Source of the DNA: an uncultured Clostridia bacterium
GTDB taxonomy: Bacteria; Bacillota; Clostridia; Christensenellales; UBA1242
Assembly (NCBI GenBank): GCA_934771475.1
Contig: CAKVMD010000002.1
Location: 29,883 to 93,882 of the forward strand
Direction: 5' to 3'
Length of the DNA: 64,000 nt
Under the pieces are notes generated by a model. It was not told the origin of the DNA. It saw only the letters and a program-made list of their open reading frames with translations, and searched no databases. Of this stretch, positions 58,092 through 64,000 are shown piece after piece. Within the stretch, counting starts at the first letter, position 1, and each line of letters starts with the position of its first letter. A program made the position numbers and the translations under genes.

Positions 58092-60449
58092 CTAATCTTC
58101 CCACTTCCAATTTACAACTTCTGGCATATCGACACCATACTTTGCAATATATTTTATATGTTTATCAAGAAGTCTATCCATTTCGTCAAGAACCTCTGAA
58201 TATTTTTCTTGAAGATTAAGTTTATTGATAATCGCCTTTACAAGGTGATAACGGTCAATCTTGTTTTGCACTCTTATATCAAATGCGGTCGTGATTGTCC
58301 CCTCTTCTTCATAACCATGAATTTCTAGATTTTTATTTTTTCTTGACATTAAAAGACCATGAACAAATTTTTGGTAACCATGGAAATTGAAAATGATAGG
58401 TTTGTTTTTAGTAAAAATCTTATCAAATTCAGCCTCGGTTAGACCATGAGGATGAGCCGAATTTGATTGCAACTTCATTATGTCCACAATATTCACAAAT
58501 CTCACCTTAACATCAGGCATAAACTTTTTCACAAGCGTTACACAGGCAAGCGCCTCAATCGTTGGGGTGTCTCCTGCGCACGCCAAAACAAGGTCAGGAT
58601 TTTCTTCTTCTGCGCAAGTTGAAGCCCACTGCCAAATTGAAAGTCCTTTGGTGCAATGTTCAACCGCTTCATCGATATTAAGCCACTGATAAGATGGGTG
58701 CTTTGATGCAACAATAACATTAATATAGTTTTTGCTTGCTTGGCAATGGTCATAGCAAGAAAGCAAACAGTTTGCATCTGGTGGAAGATAAATTCTTACA
58801 ATTTCCGATTTTTTGTTAGACAAATGGTCTAGAAGTCCAGGCTCTTGATGTGTATAACCATTGTGGTCTTGTTGCCAAATATTTGAAGTTAGAACTAGAT
58901 TCAAGGAGGAAATTGGTGCCCGCCAAGGGAGCGCCCTTGTTATTTTTAGCCACTTAGCGTGCTGACTTATCATAGAGTCAACAACTCTTGCAAACGCTTC
59001 ATAAGTTACAAAAACACCATGTCTTCCAGTCAAAATATACCCTTCAAGCCAACCTTCGCAAGCATGTTCGCTTAAAAATGAATCCATAACGCGCCCGTCA
59101 GGAGCAAGAAAGTCATCGGTTTTATAAATCGTCTCTTGGAAATTTCTGTTTTCCACTTCAAAAACGCTTCCAATGCGGTTGGAGTTGGCTTCATCTGGGC
59201 TAAAAATGCGATAATTATGGTTATCTTTATTTAAAACAAAAATATCACGCATATATTTGCCTAGTTCAAGCATATCTTGCTTTTTAACTTTACCATGCCC
59301 TTCGGTGTCGACTGCGTAGTCATAAATATTAGGCAAAATCAAATCTTTTAAAAGAAGCCCTCCGTTTGTAACGGGGTTTGCGGAAATTCTTTTATTCCCC
59401 TTTGGCAAAATATCCTTAATCTCTTGCAAAAGGCGGTAGTTTTCGTCAAAAAGTTCACTCGCATGGTAACTTTCAAGCCACCTTTTCAATATTTCAAAAT
59501 GCCCTTCTTCGTCAAGAGTGATTGGAACTTGGTGCGCCCTATATGAACCTTCCATTGGTTTTCCGTCTACAAATTTTGGTGCTGTCCACCCCTTTGGTGT
59601 GCGAAGAACAATCATTGGCCAAATAGGACGACTATTTAACCTTCCATCTCTTGCCAATGTTTGCACTCTTTTTATCTCTTCAATGCACTTATCCATGGCT
59701 TTTGCCATTATAAGGTGCATTTTTTTGACATCTTCCCCTTCAACAAAGATTGGGTTCCAGCCATAACCTTTTAGTAAATATTCAAGTTCTTTTTTAGGCA
59801 TACGCGACATCACAGTCGGCCCAGAAATTTTGTATCCATTTAAGTGCAATATTGGAAGCACTGCACCATCGGTTTTAGGATTTAGAAATTTATTTAAATG
59901 CCAAGATGTCGCAAGAGGGCCAGTCTCAGCCTCACCATCGCCTACAACAACGGTTGCAATAAGGTCTTTGTTGTCAAGCACCGCGCCCATTCCGTGAAGG
60001 AGGCTATAACCAAGTTCCCCGCCTTCATGCATTGACCCCGGCGTTTCGGGAGCAACATGGCTTGAAACTCCACATGGGAAAGAAAATTGTTTACATAGTT
60101 TAGTCATTCCCTTTTCATCTTCACTAACTTCTGGATAAACCTCGCTATAACGCCCCTCCAAATAACTATTGGCAATGAAAAAGTTTCCACCATGCCCGGG
60201 ACCTGAAATATAAATCATGTTGAGGTCATACTTGCAAATAACCCTATCTAAATGTGCATATATGAAATTTTGACCAGGAACAGTTCCCCAATGCCCGACT
60301 ATTTTTTTCTTTATTTGCGAGCGAGTCAATGGTTCTCTCAAAAGTGGATTTTTAAGAAGATAAAGTTGGGCAACTGAAAGATAGTTTGTTGCACGAAGAT
60401 ATTTATCTAAAAGTTCAAAATATTTTTTGCTATCATAAAAAGATTTCAC
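58092..60449 (-). CDS. xfp: xylulose-5-phosphate/fructose-6-phosphate phosphoketolase (GTG start)
   Basis: GHWGTVPGQNFIYAHL and EGGELGYS signatures; about 785 aa. Confidence 0.95.
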   Translation of the reverse strand: MKSFYDSKKYFELLDKYLRATNYLSVAQLYLLKNPLLREPLTRSQIKKKIVGHWGTVPGQNFIYAHLDRVICKYDLNMIYISGPGHGGNFFIANSYLEGRYSEVYPEVSEDEKGMTKLCKQFSFPCGVSSHVAPETPGSMHEGGELGYSLLHGMGAVLDNKDLIATVVVGDGEAETGPLATSWHLNKFLNPKTDGAVLPILHLNGYKISGPTVMSRMPKKELEYLLKGYGWNPIFVEGEDVKKMHLIMAKAMDKCIEEIKRVQTLARDGRLNSRPIWPMIVLRTPKGWTAPKFVDGKPMEGSYRAHQVPITLDEEGHFEILKRWLESYHASELFDENYRLLQEIKDILPKGNKRISANPVTNGGLLLKDLILPNIYDYAVDTEGHGKVKKQDMLELGKYMRDIFVLNKDNHNYRIFSPDEANSNRIGSVFEVENRNFQETIYKTDDFLAPDGRVMDSFLSEHACEGWLEGYILTGRHGVFVTYEAFARVVDSMISQHAKWLKITRALPWRAPISSLNLVLTSNIWQQDHNGYTHQEPGLLDHLSNKKSEIVRIYLPPDANCLLSCYDHCQASKNYINVIVASKHPSYQWLNIDEAVEHCTKGLSIWQWASTCAEEENPDLVLACAGDTPTIEALACVTLVKKFMPDVKVRFVNIVDIMKLQSNSAHPHGLTEAEFDKIFTKNKPIIFNFHGYQKFVHGLLMSRKNKNLEIHGYEEEGTITTAFDIRVQNKIDRYHLVKAIINKLNLQEKYSEVLDEMDRLLDKHIKYIAKYGVDMPEVVNWKWED

Positions 60450-60734
60450 TATTTATCACCTCAATTTTATTATACAATTATTATACATAATTTAATTTTA
60501 TTAACAAAACAAAGATTATACATTTTAAAAGAGAAATTTAATTTTTATTTATTTTATACCGCCCCATAAACAATTTTATAAATAGTGCTGAAAAAATTGA
60601 GAACCGCTGACTAAAATTTTAAAGTTGACCACCCCCAAAATTTCCCTTTAATGGAATTTATCATCAGGTGCCCCATGTCGCAATAAACCCTCGCATCATA
60701 AGACCAGTAATTTAAAACAAATAATTTAAAACAA

Positions 60735-60762
60735 ACAAAAAACGCCATCGATGGCGTTTTTT
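60735..60762. terminator. bidirectional intrinsic terminator
   Basis: AACGCCAT/ATGGCGTT stem with a flanking A-run and T-run. Confidence 0.75.
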
Positions 60763-60829
60763 GTGATAATTTAAGATTTTCTACATATTTTTTGCTAAAA
60801 AACTTAAAATTTTGATGATTTTTATAAAA

Positions 60830-62659
60830 TTATTCTCTTTCGCTAGGGTCAAAGTCCCTTTCAAATCGCAAGGCTCGCTCCCTCATTTTTGCTTTTTGTT
60901 TGGAAAGTTTGCGTCTTTCAAAGCGCTCGCGCTGTGAATGATATTCTTCTCTATCTTCTCCAGCATGACGGCTTCTAGAATATAAAACATGACCGGATAT
61001 TGTTAAATCATCGTTTACTTGCACTAAAAGTTTTTCTTTTTGTCCAAGAGAGGCAATAACATCTCCATAAAGACTAAATCCCCATTTTTCTTGTTCAATA
61101 TATAGCCCATTAGAAAATTCCTCTATTGGAACATTTATCCTAAATCCTGTCTCATCGTCTTCAAAAATGCAGTATCCATTTTTACTATAATCAAAGTCGC
61201 AAAGAGTGGCGTTAATCATGCGCCCTTCACTATAATAGTGGCTGGCAAGAATTGAGTTAAAGTCAATTTCTGCTTTATCAACTTCCTCGCAAGTAAAGTT
61301 TGACTGTTTTGCGACCTTTTCTACTAATGAGGCCGAAAGTGGTTTCTTGCCTTGAATGAAAGCAAGGATATTTTTTATATTCACATAATCAGTAATTCTT
61401 CGTATTGGGGAAGTAATGTGCATATAGCAATCACTTTGAAGCCCAAAATGAGAATATTCATATACGCGCCCATTTATGCTGTCAGAGGCAACGGTTTTTG
61501 TGAGTTGTGGCGAACTTTTTGCTCTGGCCTGTATACGAGAAAGAAACTTTCTATACACATCGTTTTTCGCACCGTTTTCACTTTTAACAAGGTCGAAAAT
61601 GCGGTTGAAAGTTCCGGGCGTAACTTCCGAAACAGCATCAATTTTTTCTTCAAAACCATAAAGAGGCATTGTTTGCAAAAGTTTTACTAGGGAAACAATA
61701 TCTTCACCACCATTATTGCCGTTAGGCGAGGCGTGCATTCTGTAAATAACATCCAAATTCTTTTGTTGAGCAAACCTTGCATTTGCTTCGTTTGTCATAA
61801 TCATGAACGCTTCAATCACATCTTGATAATAAAGTCTTTCTTCTGTTTCAACCTTTATTTGTCCGTCTTCAATAGTTATTAATCTTTCTTTTTCGTCTGG
61901 AAAACGAACCATATCTCGGCAAGCAAAGCCATATCTTATTGCATCGGAAACTATTTGCCCTAATATCACTTGGCAATAAACAGCTTCATTTAAAATTTCT
62001 TTTCTTAATTGTTGAGTTTTGCCGTCAATAATGGCTTGGGCTTCATTGTAAGACAGTTTTGCCCTGCTTCTTACGACCGCTTCCATAATTTTTGGCTCGC
62101 CTTTTTGTCTGCCCGTTACTGGGTCAATCACAATTTTTGTAACAAAGGCAAGTCTATCTTCCCCCGGCTTCAAGGAGCAAAGGTTGTCGCTGAGTTGTTC
62201 TGGCAAAATGTTGTAGGCTTTGAAAGGGCTATACATAGTGTAGCCACCCTTAAAGTAAACCTGTCCAATACTTTGCAATTCTTCGTCCTGTAAGTCATCC
62301 TCTGTCAAATCAAAATATCTTGGAACATCGGCAATCGCTGTATAAAGAATATAATCGCCATTTTTAGCAATTTCACAATAAACTGCGTCATCCATATCTT
62401 TGCAACCTTGTGGGTCGACAGTTATAAAGTCGAGGTTGCGAAGGTCATCAATAATATCCCCGTTTGGAAGTTTAACTTTACCTGTGCCACACTCTTCAAA
62501 CTCAACCTTTTTAGGAAGCGCATCTATTTGCTCTTTTAAGGACTTAGGACAATTATCACCCCATAAATCGCGCGCAATTCCGCCATGTTGGGCAACTGCG
62601 TCATCAAATTCTTTTAAAATGGTTTCTTTTATAAGTTGATTTGGAGTTTCAATAGTCAT
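60830..62659 (-). CDS. RNB-domain exoribonuclease (RNase II/R paralogue) with charged C-terminal tail (start at MTIETPNQ)
   Basis: DMDDAVYCE and HFGLQSDCYMHITSPIRRITDY RNB motifs. I could not recognise a clear S1 domain. The tail is Arg/Glu/Lys-rich. Confidence 0.85.
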   Translation of the reverse strand: MTIETPNQLIKETILKEFDDAVAQHGGIARDLWGDNCPKSLKEQIDALPKKVEFEECGTGKVKLPNGDIIDDLRNLDFITVDPQGCKDMDDAVYCEIAKNGDYILYTAIADVPRYFDLTEDDLQDEELQSIGQVYFKGGYTMYSPFKAYNILPEQLSDNLCSLKPGEDRLAFVTKIVIDPVTGRQKGEPKIMEAVVRSRAKLSYNEAQAIIDGKTQQLRKEILNEAVYCQVILGQIVSDAIRYGFACRDMVRFPDEKERLITIEDGQIKVETEERLYYQDVIEAFMIMTNEANARFAQQKNLDVIYRMHASPNGNNGGEDIVSLVKLLQTMPLYGFEEKIDAVSEVTPGTFNRIFDLVKSENGAKNDVYRKFLSRIQARAKSSPQLTKTVASDSINGRVYEYSHFGLQSDCYMHITSPIRRITDYVNIKNILAFIQGKKPLSASLVEKVAKQSNFTCEEVDKAEIDFNSILASHYYSEGRMINATLCDFDYSKNGYCIFEDDETGFRINVPIEEFSNGLYIEQEKWGFSLYGDVIASLGQKEKLLVQVNDDLTISGHVLYSRSRHAGEDREEYHSQRERFERRKLSKQKAKMRERALRFERDFDPSERE

Positions 62660-62756
62660 AATGCCTCTTTTATAGTTAAAGTTTAATATATTCGACAAAA
62701 TTATTCAATACTTTTTTTCAAAATTTTTGTGATTTTTTTAATTTTATTTATCTTAC

Positions 62757-62785
62757 TTGAATTTTTTAAAAAGATATGCTATAAT
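62757..62785 (+). promoter_or_regulatory. near-consensus extended -10 promoter of the large ncRNA
   Basis: TTGAAT (62757-62762), 17 nt, TGC-TATAAT (62777-62785). Confidence 0.65.
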
Positions 62786-62791
62786 TTATAT

Positions 62792-63375
62792 AGAAGATGC
62801 AGTATTCTAGTCATCTTGTCATGTTAGGAAGACGAAATTTTATGGCGTCGATTGGCATATCTGTGAAGTTTCTGGTGCTTGCTTTGGTTGCCCAAACTGG
62901 GGCTGGTGCTGGGAGTTAAGATTATTGGGCGAGCTATAACGGCATATAGCAGATGACCCAATTTTCGTGGAGACCTGAAAGGGTGCAAAATTTATTTTTC
63001 CACTCTCCAGGAGAACCTGCATTGCGGTAAAAGTCGTGTGCAGCGTAGCCTACTTTGCGTGATTATATGGGAATAAGGTTTCATCAAGATTTATTCGCGC
63101 GCGAGAACAAATCTTGCCTTGCCTTTGAAACTATGATTGCAAAACAAGGGAATAACATAGATGGGTGTTAAGGAAAACTTCTAGACTGTTGCATTTGCAA
63201 GTATTATAGGGATTATAGTGTGTGCTGAGTGGCGATTCGGTGTTGCGCCTCGCTTAAAAGGAAACTGCTGTTTCGGCGACGAACAGTGTGGGGACGGGAA
63301 ATCCGACCGAACCTATGACACAAGGTTTACTTATAATGCTGTCTTCAAAAGAGTCTCATCAGGGGCTCTTTTTTT
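62792..63375 (+). ncRNA. rnpB: RNase P RNA candidate, atypically long (core about 62793-63346, plus terminator hairpin)
   Basis: No ORF on the + strand reaches the 60-aa track cutoff, and G+C is higher than in the flanking spacers. Motifs appear in RNase P order:
- UGAAAGGGUGC (62976-62986) plus a P12-like hairpin
- CGGUAAA...CAGCGUAGCC (63025-63050)
- AUAAGGU (63073-63079)
- UAGAUG (63158-63163)
- GCGA-capped hairpin (63268-63286)
- UGACACAAGGUUUAC (63316-63330)
- 5'/3' terminal helix 62793-62801 with 63337-63346
- intrinsic terminator 63348-63375
The canonical GGAAAGUCC motif was not found. Confidence 0.65.
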
Positions 63376-63389
63376 GTTTGTGTAAAATC

Positions 63390-63418
63390 TTGAAATTTTA
63401 ATAAAAATATGCTAATAT
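63390..63418 (+). promoter_or_regulatory. extended -10 promoter for the downstream membrane-protein gene
   Basis: TTGAAA (63390-63395), 17 nt, TGC-TAATAT (63410-63418). Confidence 0.55.
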
Positions 63419-63483
63419 ATATACTAATACGAAAGCATAAGGCATAAATAAAGCTAAAAACTTTCAATACACTAAATTAATGA

Positions 63484-63526
63484 GGGAGTTTTCATTCAAG
63501 CGCTGGTTATTTGAATGGAAACTCCC
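63484..63526 (+). promoter_or_regulatory. 16-bp 5'-UTR hairpin immediately upstream of the RBS
   Basis: GGGAGTTTTCATTCAA (63484-63499) pairs with TTGAATGGAAACTCCC (63511-63526) with one mismatch. No U-run follows. The AAGGAG RBS lies at 63531-63536. Confidence 0.6.
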
Positions 63527-63546
63527 CTAAAAGGAGTAAAACTAAC

Positions 63547-64000
63547 ATGAACCCCTGCCCGAGGAAGAAAAAAATTAAGGGAAAAGTCAAAAATCATTCT
63601 GCAATAAAGTGGCCACTTGCAGTGCTTGCAATTTCATTTGCTATATGTATGTGCTTTGGTGTGCTGAGCGAAATCTCGTTATCTAGCGCAGGAATTGCAG
63701 TGTCAATAGTGGTGATACTTGTCTTTGTTTTTATTGCAATAGTTGCGGATATGCTGAGCGTTGCAATCACCGCTTGTGATATGAAACCTTTTAGGGCTAT
63801 GGCATCAAAAAAAGTGCGCGGAGCAAAGGACGCAATTAAATTAAAGAAAAACGCTGACAGGGTTGCGAGTATTTTTGGTGATATAGTGGGTGATGTATGC
63901 GGTATTTTATCGGGTGCGGCTGGCGCAACAGTTACAAGCGCCATAATAACCAACAAAATCACTGGATTTTGGGGAATTGTTATCGCTTCCCTTGTGTCGG
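63547..64000 (+). CDS. DUF21/CNNM-like transmembrane-domain protein, N-terminal 151 codons (runs off window end)
   Basis: Hand translation gives MNPCPRKKKIKGKVKNHSAIKWPLAVLAISFAICMCFGVLSEISL...ADMLSVAITACDMKPFRAMASKKVRGAKDAIKLKKNADRVASIFGDIVGDVCGILSGAAGA... The helix / amphipathic-helix / helix layout resembles the DUF21 N-terminal domain of CorB/CorC-type proteins. It is missing from the ORF track because no stop lies in the window. The 122-aa minus-strand ORF at 63594-63962 is its shadow. Confidence 0.65.
   Translation, partial: MNPCPRKKKIKGKVKNHSAIKWPLAVLAISFAICMCFGVLSEISLSSAGIAVSIVVILVFVFIAIVADMLSVAITACDMKPFRAMASKKVRGAKDAIKLKKNADRVASIFGDIVGDVCGILSGAAGATVTSAIITNKITGFWGIVIASLVS

Noticed and set aside
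60559-60700. Recurrent C-rich pentamers (CCCCA; GGGG-containing on the minus strand) in the long xfp upstream spacer, considered as a possible small RNA or protein-binding array.
   Set aside because: I could not find convincing helices, promoter/terminator pairs or regular spacing. The evidence is too weak to report as a feature.
62842-62919. 25-codon hydrophobic ORF (MASIGISVKFLVLALVAQTGAGAGS) inside the large RNA, considered as a possible type I toxin or small membrane peptide. The 60-aa antisense ORF at 62840-63022 was also considered.
   Set aside because: The RBS-like AGGAAG is 11 nt from the ATG, which is marginal. ORFs of this size are expected by chance in 585 nt. The region matches RNase P motifs. 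I keep it only as the alternative to be excluded by conservation analysis.
62792-63375. Initial idea that this ~585-nt RNA, followed by a small DUF21-like membrane-protein gene, is an OLE-like (ole-oapA) or ROOL/GOLLD-type giant ornate RNA.
   Set aside because: On closer reading the RNA contains, in correct order, several blocks matching RNase P RNA: UGAAAGGGUGC, CGGUAAA, AUAAGGU, UAGAUG, GACAcAA-GGuUUA and a P1 closing helix. An atypical rnpB is the more parsimonious call. The RNA and the membrane gene also have separate terminator and promoter.
63594-63962. 122-aa minus-strand ORF.
   Set aside because: It is antisense to the RBS-preceded plus-strand membrane-protein frame, which has a coherent transmembrane-helix pattern. 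It is a shadow ORF.

Overview
AT-rich, Firmicutes-like chromosomal segment. The taxonomic hint comes from T-box leaders, a long Bacillus-type SRP RNA, and the secG-rnr-smpB-ssrA and topA-trmFO-hslVU clusters.

Content: about 55 protein genes, mostly housekeeping: tyrS, ung, rnr, smpB, glmS/glmM, pepF, ileS, nifSU, trxA, hslUV, topA, dprA, comM, rplS, rpsU, mtaB, ddh, dapB and xfp. All listed genes from 21.6 to 46.3 kb lie on the minus strand.

RNA genes and leaders:
- tmRNA
- SRP RNA
- tRNA-Gly(CCC) and tRNA-Arg(CCU)
- Tyr and Ile T-box leaders
- a promoter-to-terminator non-coding unit of about 555-585 nt at 62.8-63.4 kb. I read it as an oversized, atypical RNase P RNA.

Accessory or unexplained content:
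- a translationally coupled NifU-like + GGGtGRT gene pair
- an orphan 651-aa ORF
- a 53-aa + 406-aa orphan module
- a stand-alone GlmU acetyltransferase domain
- a HEPN-like/CBS fusion with a small partner gene
- a 160-nt multi-hairpin GC-rich element next to the SRP RNA
- an AIPR abortive-infection-type gene beside tRNA-Arg
- a BspA-like LRR surface protein with an internal duplication
- a membrane-anchored XRE-HTH protein followed by a nearly pure A/T tract

I saw no CRISPR array, transposase, integrase or phage structural genes.

Two edge-truncated genes are missing from the ORF track: tyrS at 1-833 and a membrane protein at 63547-64000. All family assignments rest on motifs read by eye and on remembered family knowledge; no searches were run.
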